Part shown: positions 48,348 to 56,840 of the stretch, piece by piece | Numbering within the stretch: position 1 is the stretch's first letter | Layout: each line of letters opens with the position of its first letter | Source: a virus | DNA: 64,000 nt | Direction: 5' to 3' (one strand) | IMG/VR virus record: IMGVR_UViG_3300037875_000559 | Span: 1 to 64,000 of that record | Position numbers and translations under genes: made by a program | Notes under the pieces: model-generated | The model's input: the letters and a program-made list of their open reading frames with translations, nothing else | Databases searched by the model: none | Told to the model about the DNA's origin: nothing

Positions 48348-48692
48348 TTAGAAAGAAGTGTAGAATCTTTGTGTGTCTATAGCACCATTAACTACAACCA
48401 CTTGGTTGGAAGTAATCGTAGTTTGATCGTCTGAGAATGTCGCAGAAAACTCACAGAATACTATTTCTCCTTCAAGTCCTTCTGTTATTTCTACTCTAGT
48501 AATGAATCTGTGGTTTTGGTCTGTAGCAACCATAGGGACATCTGCATTCCCTATTAGAGTCTTAACCCCTCCCACATAATAGAATATATTGGCGATGACG
48601 TTCTCTACGTTGAGAGGTCTTCCATAAGGGTCTACCCATGATACTTGAAATGGGTGTGAGTCTCCTACTCTTGCTGTAGTTGTATATGTCAT
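48348..48692 (-). CDS. Beta-sandwich putative structural protein
   Basis: Similar strand pattern; motif variant TAGAATGTTTAT at 48740-48729 on the minus strand. Confidence 0.5.
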   Translation of the reverse strand: MTYTTTARVGDSHPFQVSWVDPYGRPLNVENVIANIFYYVGGVKTLIGNADVPMVATDQNHRFITRVEITEGLEGEIVFCEFSATFSDDQTTITSNQVVVVNGAIDTQRFYTSF

Positions 48693-48743
48693 GTCTCGTA
48701 TCCCTTTCTTTTTAGAAATAACAATCAGATAAACATTCTATAA

Positions 48744-48755
48744 TACTTTCTTTAT
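48744..48755 (+). promoter_or_regulatory. TAGTNNNTTTAT motif variant
   Basis: TACTTTCTTTAT, about 60 nt before the start. Confidence 0.55.
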
Positions 48756-48802
48756 TATAAGTACGTTTTAGCTAAGATTTCACATTGGAAAAACATAGGA
48801 CA

Positions 48803-49669
48803 ATGAATATGGACATTTTCGACAAGATTGCAGACGATTTCATCAGTAAAAAAGCTTCTCTCTCGCAACCTCTCAGATTAAGAAGAGACTATGGCGAGGA
48901 AGAAATCACTAAAGAAGCTCAGATGACTAAAGAGAAGTTTGCAGAGCGTATGGAGAATGATCCTGAGTTCGCTGAGAAATGGAACGCTAACAAGAAGACT
49001 AAGAAGCAGGCAGGCGAGGATGAGATTGACCGCATTTCTTCAGAGTTTATTTCTGAGCGTGTAGCTTACGCTAAAGGCTCTAAAGGTTCTAAGGACTTCA
49101 AGAAATATCATGGCTCGAACAAAGATTTTGCCGAAACTTGGGATGGTCAGATCGAAGCGAATAAAGATATGATTAAGTCAAAGGGCAAGAGCGACAGTAA
49201 AAAAATCGACCTCTCTAGTAAGCCAAAGGGTAAGTCTAAAGGTCCTGATATTTCCGCTATGGGTCGTTTAGCGACCGAGAGTGATATTGATCGTATTGTT
49301 TCAGAGTTTATTTCTGAGAGAGTCGCTTATGCTAAAGGCGAAGAAGGTCGCAAGCAACTTGAGGAGAAAAAGAAGAATGATCCTGAGTTCGCTGAGAAAT
49401 GGGAAGAGAATACCGTCCACTCTAAAGAGGAGATGGACGAGAAGATGGGTAAGTCAGCAGGCCATCATGATCACCACAGAGGTTCTTACATGAGTGTACA
49501 GCATCTAGCTGAGATGCAAGACCTTATCGCAGGTATTTCTGATATGGTACATCGTGATGAAGAGCTTCCTAATTGGGTGGATTCCAAAATCGCTCATATA
49601 CATCAAAATCTCTTAGATCTTGTTGGTTATTTCCAATATGGTAATGGCTACCACACACACGAGGATTGA
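48803..49669 (+). CDS. Charged repetitive protein with many [KR]xA sites; candidate scaffold/core polyprotein
   Basis: NDPEFAEKW x2 (29-bp identical DNA at 48954 and 49374), IDRIxSEFISERVAYAKG x2, terminal LPNWVDSKI domain; start 48803 or 48809. Confidence 0.6.
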   Translation: MNMDIFDKIADDFISKKASLSQPLRLRRDYGEEEITKEAQMTKEKFAERMENDPEFAEKWNANKKTKKQAGEDEIDRISSEFISERVAYAKGSKGSKDFKKYHGSNKDFAETWDGQIEANKDMIKSKGKSDSKKIDLSSKPKGKSKGPDISAMGRLATESDIDRIVSEFISERVAYAKGEEGRKQLEEKKKNDPEFAEKWEENTVHSKEEMDEKMGKSAGHHDHHRGSYMSVQHLAEMQDLIAGISDMVHRDEELPNWVDSKIAHIHQNLLDLVGYFQYGNGYHTHED

Positions 49670-49673
49670 AAAA

Positions 49674-50450
49674 ATGAGCTTCCAACTCGAACAACTAGAA
49701 AGGCGAGTCGCTCTCTTAGAAAAGAGAGCTTCTATGTCTCGTGTAGCTTCAATTCAGAAAATCGCAGGCAAGGCATACTTGTTTGATGAGGGTCTGACGA
49801 AAGCTAAGGTCGGTTCTGGTGAGGGTGCGATGCTTTACAAGATTGATAAAGGCAAGAATCAATCTAAGTATTACGAGATGTTGATTACACCTGTTCGAGA
49901 TTCGTATGGACTCCCCAAGTTTCAACTAAAGAAGCAATGGGGTCGTTTAGGTCCTCGCAATCAGAATAAGGTGGTGACTTTTGACACACTTAGGAGTGCA
50001 AAACAAGCTCTTGCTATTGTTTTAGCAAACAAGGTCAGAGGAGGGTACGTTTCAACGTATGATGCCTCAGTACATAAAACGATTGGAGGTCAGCTTAAGA
50101 GTGGTCAATATCCGATAGGATTGAACGCAAAAGCAGGCCCTTGGAGAAACCAAGAAGTTTCCTCAGAAATAAAGACTTTGCGAAAGCTAAGAAATAGTAT
50201 CAGCGAAACTTTGGATTTACTAGAAGATGGCGTAATGCCTTCAAAAGTTTTAAAGGATTTAGAAAAAGTACACTCTGCGACAGAAAGTTTCGATGAGTCT
50301 CTCACTAGAGAAATAAGAAAAAGACTCAGACCGCCTATGGAAAGATTGAGAGGTACAAATAAGAGATTTGTACGATGCCCAAAGAAGACAGTTCGTGAGT
50401 TGAGGTCGCTTCATAACTATTTAAAAACTCAACTTAGTGTAATCTCTTAA
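49674..50450 (+). CDS. WGR-domain protein with stacked leaders
   Basis: SKYYEMLI...KQWGRLG...F....A.......K..GGY; N-terminus ERRVALLEKRASMSRVASIQKIAG. Confidence 0.75.
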   Translation: MSFQLEQLERRVALLEKRASMSRVASIQKIAGKAYLFDEGLTKAKVGSGEGAMLYKIDKGKNQSKYYEMLITPVRDSYGLPKFQLKKQWGRLGPRNQNKVVTFDTLRSAKQALAIVLANKVRGGYVSTYDASVHKTIGGQLKSGQYPIGLNAKAGPWRNQEVSSEIKTLRKLRNSISETLDLLEDGVMPSKVLKDLEKVHSATESFDESLTREIRKRLRPPMERLRGTNKRFVRCPKKTVRELRSLHNYLKTQLSVIS

Positions 50451-50475
50451 ACTTTATAAAAAATAACTTTCATGT

Positions 50476-50484
50476 TGGTATAAT
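50476..50484 (+). promoter_or_regulatory. Extended -10 sigma70-type promoter TGGTATAAT
   Basis: Perfect TGnTATAAT in the intergenic region before 50548. Confidence 0.55.
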
Positions 50485-50547
50485 AGGTCTGAGTAGTAAT
50501 TGTTCTGCTCAGTCCCCAACACACACACACATGAAAGGTTACTTCCT

Positions 50548-50751
50548 ATGGGCGACAATAATAAGAATGGTTATGAGATCCGAGAGTCTCTACTTGGTAT
50601 GGCTATCGGCATTCTCTCCGAAAGAGACACTAAAGAACGTGAGAATGAATACTTAAAACCTGAAGGCACTCGTAAGCCTGTTTTGGGTTACGATGTGAAG
50701 GAGGTTCTCGAAACTGCGGAACGACTCTATGAGTTCGTAAACCGTAAGTAA
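50548..50751 (+). CDS. Small hypothetical phage protein
   Basis: NGYEIRESLL...VLETAERLYEFV; SD GAAAGG. Confidence 0.65.
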   Translation: MGDNNKNGYEIRESLLGMAIGILSERDTKERENEYLKPEGTRKPVLGYDVKEVLETAERLYEFVNRK

Positions 50752-50768
50752 ACTTGTTTTTTTAGTGC

Positions 50769-50814
50769 TTCTAACACTAACCTATTCCTCCAAAAGAATA
50801 GGTTAGTGTTAGAA
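50769..50814. terminator. 19-bp perfect inverted repeat (8-nt loop) between convergent genes
   Basis: TTCTAACACTAACCTATTC-ctccaaaa-GAATAGGTTAGTGTTAGAA. Confidence 0.7.
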
Positions 50815-50857
50815 TTACATAAATTATGTAGCGGTTGCTCAACCTGTGGGGTTCAGA

Positions 50858-51223
50858 TTAACCTTCTTCTCCGCCCATTGAGCCACCTGAAACACCCATG
50901 TCAGACATCTCAGTTCCTGCCATACTCATGTCAGACATCTCAGCACCTGCTTCAGTAGATTCTCCACCCATCTCAGTTCCTGCTTCGACAGATTCTCCAC
51001 CCATCTCAGTTCCTGCTTCAGTAGATTCTCCACCCATCTCAGTTCCTGCTTCGACAGATTCTCCTCCCATCTCAGTCCCTGCTTCGACAGATTCTCCTCC
51101 CATCATCTCAGCTCCCGCTGAAGAACCTGCCATACCCATGTCAGAGGTTGTTGAGCTAGTTTCTTTGTCTTTTCCACAGGAGGCTAAGACAAAGATAAGA
51201 GTAATAGTAATAAGTTTTCTCAT
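50858..51223 (-). CDS. Lipoprotein with about five 11-aa AGTEMGGES(V/T)E repeats
   Basis: Lipobox LASC; 33-bp tandem repeats at about 50935-51115. Confidence 0.8.
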   Translation of the reverse strand: MRKLITITLIFVLASCGKDKETSSTTSDMGMAGSSAGAEMMGGESVEAGTEMGGESVEAGTEMGGESTEAGTEMGGESVEAGTEMGGESTEAGAEMSDMSMAGTEMSDMGVSGGSMGGEEG

Positions 51224-51295
51224 AAGAAGACCTTTCTAGGTAATGTTTGTTTGCATGGTGTTTAACATACTAGTTAAAAATAGTAAATAGAGATA

Positions 51296-51922
51296 CTATT
51301 GAAACCTATATATATTCATAGGTTTTTGCTCTATAAACCATTTGTAGTCTTCTTCTAATAACCCCTGAGTAGGTGGTTCTATATTAACGAGGTGTCCATA
51401 GAAAGGCATTTCTAGACTTTGGCAAACTTCCTTATAAGCATTGATGTTTTGCTGATTATCTTCCCAAAGATGTACACTTGTAACATTTTTGAGAGTATTT
51501 ATCTTTTTGAGCAATACGCTTACTTTATATTCGATAGTCTCTAAATGTCTTTCTCTTAAGAAGACTTCATCGAAATCTAGATTTCTTGCAGAGAGTATTT
51601 CTGCGATTCTATATCTCAGACCGCCATTATCTTCTCTTGCAGTACACAAGATAGCCCATGTGTTTTGTGAGCTAATGGATTTTTCAGCTTCTTTTACTGT
51701 TTGGGGGATCCAGTGTCTTGCAGATTGAGGGAAATCTGGGATAAAGGGTCTGCCTAAAGAAATAGCTTCTGACTCCCATTCTCCATATTTCTCATCCTCC
51801 CACCATATGGGTTTAGGAGGGCTCTTGAAAAGAGTCCAATCAAAATCATAGACGTGGAGACTCAGATTTTGAGAAGACTTCTTTAAAAACTTGGTAGCAA
51901 CTCTAGCTGTCTTATTTCTCAT
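51296..51922 (-). CDS. HAD phosphatase (Swiss-army-knife RNA-repair-like) with leader
   Basis: LHVYDFDWTLFKSP, LCTAR, YK, LWEDN; leader MRNKTARVATKFLKKSS. Confidence 0.8.
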   Translation of the reverse strand: MRNKTARVATKFLKKSSQNLSLHVYDFDWTLFKSPPKPIWWEDEKYGEWESEAISLGRPFIPDFPQSARHWIPQTVKEAEKSISSQNTWAILCTAREDNGGLRYRIAEILSARNLDFDEVFLRERHLETIEYKVSVLLKKINTLKNVTSVHLWEDNQQNINAYKEVCQSLEMPFYGHLVNIEPPTQGLLEEDYKWFIEQKPMNIYRFQ

Positions 51923-52004
51923 ATACCTCTCCTTTTTCTATTCTCTACACATAGAATAAAAACAAAAAGGAGCGTTTTCTAGAGTCTACAGGAGCGAACT
52001 TTAA

Positions 52005-52187
52005 TTATTTCTCTCTTGCTTCAAGTACCGCTTTTCGGATTTCCTTACACTCAGCAATCACTTCTTGCATCGTCTTTCTAATACGAGTGCCAGCAGATTT
52101 GTTGCCTTTGTCGCATTTCCCGGCATCTTCTTGAGATTCAGTTAGAAGTTTAGTTAGCTTTTCCATTTTCTCTGTAATAGTACTCAT
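52005..52187 (-). CDS. Hc1 histone H1-like small basic protein
   Basis: KGNKSAGTRIRK..QE....KEIRK signature; TGGTATAGT extended -10 at 52237-52229. Confidence 0.75.
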   Translation of the reverse strand: MSTITEKMEKLTKLLTESQEDAGKCDKGNKSAGTRIRKTMQEVIAECKEIRKAVLEAREK

Positions 52188-52242
52188 AGGTGAGTCCTTT
52201 CTATTTTAAATTGGGTTCTGAACTTCAGACTATACCAACTCG

Positions 52243-52608
52243 TCAAAGAGGTTTTTCTATTTTTTTCAGCTCTTGTAATATTTTTTTCTTATTAGTGCCG
52301 ATTTTTTTCAATATTTCTGAGTCCATTTTAGAGATTGCACACCTAGCATATAGGTCTCTCAGATGTGGCTCACTTTCTTCCATCATGTAAAGAACACCAT
52401 CGTCTGAAACCCAAACTTTTTCTGCACCTTTGGCGATATTTTGAGCAAACAGAATAGTTAGACCATGCTCTTCTATCCATTTCTTTGCTTTTACTATCGC
52501 TTCAGGTTTTTTTTGTAGGAAATCTTCTAATATATCTAAAGGCAATCTACTTTGAGGTTTTACTCTTCGCCAAGAAAGCTCTCCAAATTTGTTTTTCTTG
52601 CTCATCAA
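52243..52608 (-). CDS. Hypothetical protein
   Basis: Co-oriented downstream of polA. Confidence 0.55.
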   Translation of the reverse strand: MMSKKNKFGELSWRRVKPQSRLPLDILEDFLQKKPEAIVKAKKWIEEHGLTILFAQNIAKGAEKVWVSDDGVLYMMEESEPHLRDLYARCAISKMDSEILKKIGTNKKKILQELKKIEKPL

Positions 52609-52780
52609 AGCTCCCTAGCTTTACAATTTGTTTACCCTCATCTCCTTTTTTTATTTGTTGTGGGTGTGTATAGACCCCTTCCAAAGCAAAAGCGGTTAAG
52701 TGGAGTTTGATTAAATCTTTCTTACCTAAAGCGACTATTCTACCTTTGAGTATTTCCGCTACTATTTCTACTTCTAACAT
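52547..52780 (-). CDS. Hypothetical protein
   Basis: TAATG coupling with the upstream gene. Confidence 0.5.
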   Translation of the reverse strand: MLEVEIVAEILKGRIVALGKKDLIKLHLTAFALEGVYTHPQQIKKGDEGKQIVKLGSFDEQEKQIWRAFLAKSKTSK

Positions 52781-53289
52781 TAGTTGTCTCCCATTTTGAA
52801 TACCCCCCCAACTTTAACTTCATTTTTAGAAGCTACAGCCCAAGGGTCAGATACCGGCTTTCGTTCTACATTACCACCAACAATGATACTTTGAGCAGGT
52901 ACATTAAAACTTTTTATGTTGGTGGGTTGAGCTTCTTGTGGTGTTTCACTCTTTATTTCTAAAATGACCTTTTTTTCTTCAGAAATGGTTTGAGTAGGAG
53001 GGGGTGTCTCAACAGGATTCTTATTTTCAGAACCCCAAACTTCTACCACTCCAGTATATTCTAATGTCTCAAGGTCTGAAATACCCTCCCAACGAGAGCT
53101 TTCCTCTTTCTTTACAATGTTAGGGTTCACTAGCATACGATCTTCTTGGGTTCTTATTCTTTTGTCCCAAGAAGAGAAAGCCCAATCTGCACGAAAACAT
53201 TCTCTGTTTTTACACCTATCGCAGAAGGTCTGTTTAAACTCTTTTTCAGACAAACCCATATCGTTGCACTCTACATAAAGGTCTTTCAT
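52780..53289 (-). CDS. Hypothetical protein with N-terminal Cys cluster
   Basis: C...FCDRCKNREC. Confidence 0.6.
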   Translation of the reverse strand: MKDLYVECNDMGLSEKEFKQTFCDRCKNRECFRADWAFSSWDKRIRTQEDRMLVNPNIVKKEESSRWEGISDLETLEYTGVVEVWGSENKNPVETPPPTQTISEEKKVILEIKSETPQEAQPTNIKSFNVPAQSIIVGGNVERKPVSDPWAVASKNEVKVGGVFKMGDN

Positions 53290-53297
53290 CTTTTATC

Positions 53298-56033
53298 TCA
53301 CAGCAAAGTGTTTATATTTCTTCCTTCAAAAAAGACCTGTGTCTTTTTATCCTTGTTTTCATTTAACCACAAAGCTAGTGCTTCTGCTTCTTTTTTTGTC
53401 AGCTCTTTGATTTCGTATCTCTCTGTAGATTCAGAAATAGTGGTTTTTTCAGTAGCTTCCGTTGTCACTATTTCTTCTTTTTCACTTTCTTTAAATATAG
53501 AATAAAGCTCATCTACTTCATTTTGTGTGGTTTGTCTCTCTTCAGCAGAGTACTTGTAATCTGTATTATGACTATCACATTCTTTACATATAGCTTCAGA
53601 AATAGTGGTTTTGATTTTACCTGTCTCGCCACAATCTAAGCACTTAAATCCTTTAAGTATTTTCTCACCTGCGGTTCGCTCTTTGATGTCTTTTACATCG
53701 TAAGGTACATCCCAACGCTTACCTAGTTCCACATCTACTAGAAGAGGCACAGCCCAATTTTGTGAAGCTATCGCTTTATTTCTAGCCATGATCTTAGAAA
53801 TTATTACGATGGCTTCTTCTAGTATAGAAGAATGTATTTCAAACACGATCTCGTCATGTACTGTAAGAATCATGTGGAGTTTGTCGAACCAATTCTTCTG
53901 CTTAACTGCTTTGTAGATCAAGCTCATAGCAAGTTTGGTTATGTCTGCGGATGTTCCTTGAATCGGGCCATTTACCGCTTTTCTCTCGTCTTTAGATTTC
54001 CTTCTAAAATCTTCAGATTTAATCTCAGGTAAAGGTTGTACTCTACCAAAAGCAGTTCTGACGTAGCCTTGTTTTCTCCCTAGTTTGTGTTGATGACTCC
54101 ACCAACCTGTGAGAGTCTTATAAGTAGATGTAAACTTTCGGAACTTTTCTTCTCCCTCTTCGGCAGTACAACCTTCAATGGATCTTTGTACTGCTTTACC
54201 AGTACCTCCGTAAGAAAGTGCAAAGTTACAACGCTTACCATGCCCTCTCAAGGCTTTCCAACGAGGGTCTTTCTTAGCTTGCTCTCCGTAGAAAGCAACT
54301 GCTGTGATTGTGTGTAGATCCCCAATCTTGTCAGATCCACACTTTGGACAAAAAGGGGGTGTCTCGATGGGTAAATTGTTTTCTACTATTTCTTGGGGTA
54401 GCTCATATCCACACTCAGAACATTGGTAAAATGCTTTGATCCATTTAGGTTCATTGGAGAGGTTTGTTACAAGTCTTAACTCCACTCCTGCATAGTCTAT
54501 GGCTACAAGCCAATTTTCTTTATTTCTCACATCAACACAGCTTCGCATTTGGTTGACTATGCGAGGCTTATTTGAGTCATATGAAGACGGGATTCCTTGA
54601 AAGGGTACACGACACCCTCCGTCTTTGGTCTTTTGTGGGTCTTTTGTAGTCTTACAGCTAAAGCGACCTGTGTCAGCAGAAAACTGCTTAAACGAAGGTT
54701 TGAGCGTACCGTCTCTCCCTACGTCTTCTAAGAATGGTATGAGATACTGATTTAAGGCTCTACTGATATTTCTTAGTCTTTTCATTTTAGCCATAAAGGG
54801 GAACTCTTTATAGGACTTCTCGATCACGTCATCGAGAACATCAGCCCCTGTTTTAACCTGCCCCGACTTTTCAGATAATTGTAAGTTGGGGATATTAAGC
54901 TCACGAAATAGCAAACCTAACTGTTGTGGGGACATAATGTCATATACGAGAGGGAACTCGATATTTTCAGTACCCTCTCTTCCCACATAATTCACTGTTT
55001 TTTGGGTTGTTTGTTTGGGGTCGGGGTATAAGCGTTTTGCTTCTTTACGAGCTTCGTCTAAGATTATCTTATAAAACAAACCGCTCTCAATCTTCTCGGT
55101 ATTGAAATGGTTCTCGCCTTTCAACTCGCCTTTCATAAGTCTAAGAAAGGAGGGGGTGATGTCTCTTTTGAGTATATCTTTAGCACCACGATATACTTCT
55201 AGTAACGAATCCCACCATTCTTGGTGTCCCTCTAAAATAAACTCTTTTGTTTTTACAGGATCTACATGGACACGACAACGGTGCATCCAACGCACTGAAA
55301 CAGCACACGATTTCTCTAAGTTATACATGGAGTCCGAATGCTCAGGGAGTTCAACATATTTCTTTCTCTGTATGTTGAATACTCTTAGCGTACATAGTGG
55401 GTCTGCTCCTGCATATAAAACACTTGGTCGCCATGAGGGGTCTAGTGTGGAGTAGTCTTTAACCTTTGTTTCGGGCAACAGTTCCTTAAGCTCGATCATT
55501 TCCATCCCACAAAGATTTTTAGAAAGAGCTTTGAGTCCACGACCTCCTTTTTCTCGTGGGTTGAGAAGATAAGTCAGAATAAGAGTGTCTTCCCATTTTC
55601 TCCCGCTGTTAAATCTTTCTCTTCCTAAGTTGAAGAATCCATTATAGTCGAGAAACTCTAAGTCAAAGTTAGCGTTGTGGAATACAGGGTTGGCTTCAAC
55701 TTCAGTTGAGAATAAGCGAGCGAACTCCATCCCTAAGACAGACCAAGGAAGATTATGTTCAGAGCCTTGTTTATGTCCTACAGGGAAATAATAGGCTTTG
55801 TCTTCTGTAGGAGCGATACCGATCCCTACAATAGAGTCTATGGTTCTCCCCCCATAGACTCTGCTGTCTAGTCCTGTAGTCTCTATGTCACACCCATAAT
55901 AATCTGAAGCAATACACTCATCTATTGCTTGAGAGATGTTTTCTTTTGTTCCAAGTATTAGCTCTACGTCTGCCATCCAGTCTTTCGGCTTAATGTCGGG
56001 TCGTCTTATTTCTTCTAAAAAATCAGAAAACAT
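53298..56033 (-). CDS. polA: Family A DNA polymerase with 3'-5' exonuclease
   Basis: DIETTG, FHNANFD, TGRFS, motif A IDYAGVELR, motif B RGHGKRCNFALSYG, motif C TVHDEIVFE. Confidence 0.95.
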   Translation of the reverse strand: MFSDFLEEIRRPDIKPKDWMADVELILGTKENISQAIDECIASDYYGCDIETTGLDSRVYGGRTIDSIVGIGIAPTEDKAYYFPVGHKQGSEHNLPWSVLGMEFARLFSTEVEANPVFHNANFDLEFLDYNGFFNLGRERFNSGRKWEDTLILTYLLNPREKGGRGLKALSKNLCGMEMIELKELLPETKVKDYSTLDPSWRPSVLYAGADPLCTLRVFNIQRKKYVELPEHSDSMYNLEKSCAVSVRWMHRCRVHVDPVKTKEFILEGHQEWWDSLLEVYRGAKDILKRDITPSFLRLMKGELKGENHFNTEKIESGLFYKIILDEARKEAKRLYPDPKQTTQKTVNYVGREGTENIEFPLVYDIMSPQQLGLLFRELNIPNLQLSEKSGQVKTGADVLDDVIEKSYKEFPFMAKMKRLRNISRALNQYLIPFLEDVGRDGTLKPSFKQFSADTGRFSCKTTKDPQKTKDGGCRVPFQGIPSSYDSNKPRIVNQMRSCVDVRNKENWLVAIDYAGVELRLVTNLSNEPKWIKAFYQCSECGYELPQEIVENNLPIETPPFCPKCGSDKIGDLHTITAVAFYGEQAKKDPRWKALRGHGKRCNFALSYGGTGKAVQRSIEGCTAEEGEEKFRKFTSTYKTLTGWWSHQHKLGRKQGYVRTAFGRVQPLPEIKSEDFRRKSKDERKAVNGPIQGTSADITKLAMSLIYKAVKQKNWFDKLHMILTVHDEIVFEIHSSILEEAIVIISKIMARNKAIASQNWAVPLLVDVELGKRWDVPYDVKDIKERTAGEKILKGFKCLDCGETGKIKTTISEAICKECDSHNTDYKYSAEERQTTQNEVDELYSIFKESEKEEIVTTEATEKTTISESTERYEIKELTKKEAEALALWLNENKDKKTQVFFEGRNINTLL

Positions 56034-56097
56034 ACACTCTCCTGTTAATATGTTTATATTGCTTCTATGTATATATAGCTAAAAGGAGAAAAGTCAC

Positions 56098-56445
56098 ATG
56101 GCTAATTTTTGGATAAATAAGGAAGGACAGAACACGCTTAAAGGTAGTCACACGAACCCTTCTAATCGTATTTATTTGCCCGACCATCTGATTGCTGAGT
56201 TCCTATTGGACTACCCATATTCAAGAGCGGATTTTTGGAATCTATTTAAGACCATGTTACCAGAAGAGCAGTTTAGGCTACAAGAAATAATAGATGCGTA
56301 CCCAAGTTTGCTTGTAGATCGAGAAGAATACCAACAGGCAGAGGATACTTTTCAAAGTAGAGCAAATAAACAGCGAGTTAACACTATTTCTAAGATTAAG
56401 CCGAAAGAAGATACGCCTAAAAAAACATTGCGAGTGAACAGATAG
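56098..56445 (+). CDS. Hypothetical protein
   Basis: SD AAGGAG. Confidence 0.6.
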   Translation: MANFWINKEGQNTLKGSHTNPSNRIYLPDHLIAEFLLDYPYSRADFWNLFKTMLPEEQFRLQEIIDAYPSLLVDREEYQQAEDTFQSRANKQRVNTISKIKPKEDTPKKTLRVNR

Positions 56446-56454
56446 TTTATTTAT
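56443..56454 (+). promoter_or_regulatory. TAGTNNNTTTAT motif
   Basis: TAGTTTATTTAT, 53 nt before ATG 56496. Confidence 0.65.
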
Positions 56455-56495
56455 CATTTAGTTAAGATAAGAAATAAAATTAAAGGAGAACTCTC

Positions 56496-56840
56496 ATGTC
56501 TCAAGACCCAACACAGCTCGATAAACTACCTCTCAAAAGCAAAAAGTTCCTAGCGTATTTGATTGCTGACATAGGATGGAAGATCCTCATGTTTTATGTA
56601 ATATGGGAGTACCAAACTAAGATTGAGCATTATGCTTTTATGGTTCTTGTTACTATGATCGTAACAAGCGGCTTCATTCAGATCGGCTATATTTTAGGGC
56701 AAGCTGCTCTTGATAAATATACAACCGTTGCTGTTTCTGCTCTCGATAGAGAGGGTAAAAGTCCAACACCACCTTCATCACCTCAGAAAAAGAAAGAGGG
56801 TGCTTCTGAAGAAGGTGGAGACTTTGATGGGACTCTTTAA
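56496..56840 (+). CDS. Two-TM holin-like membrane protein
   Basis: LKSKKFLAY N-terminus, two TM segments, YILGQAALD. Confidence 0.55.
   Translation: MSQDPTQLDKLPLKSKKFLAYLIADIGWKILMFYVIWEYQTKIEHYAFMVLVTMIVTSGFIQIGYILGQAALDKYTTVAVSALDREGKSPTPPSSPQKKKEGASEEGGDFDGTL

Noticed and set aside
50898-51239. Plus-strand repeat ORF (SPPISVPA) and the many other short antisense ORFs in the track
   Set aside because: These are shadows of better-supported genes on the opposite strand or frame.
53298-56033. Intein or intron in polA
   Set aside because: The inserts are short Cys4 ribbons with no intein splice motifs or homing endonuclease, and the ORF is continuous.
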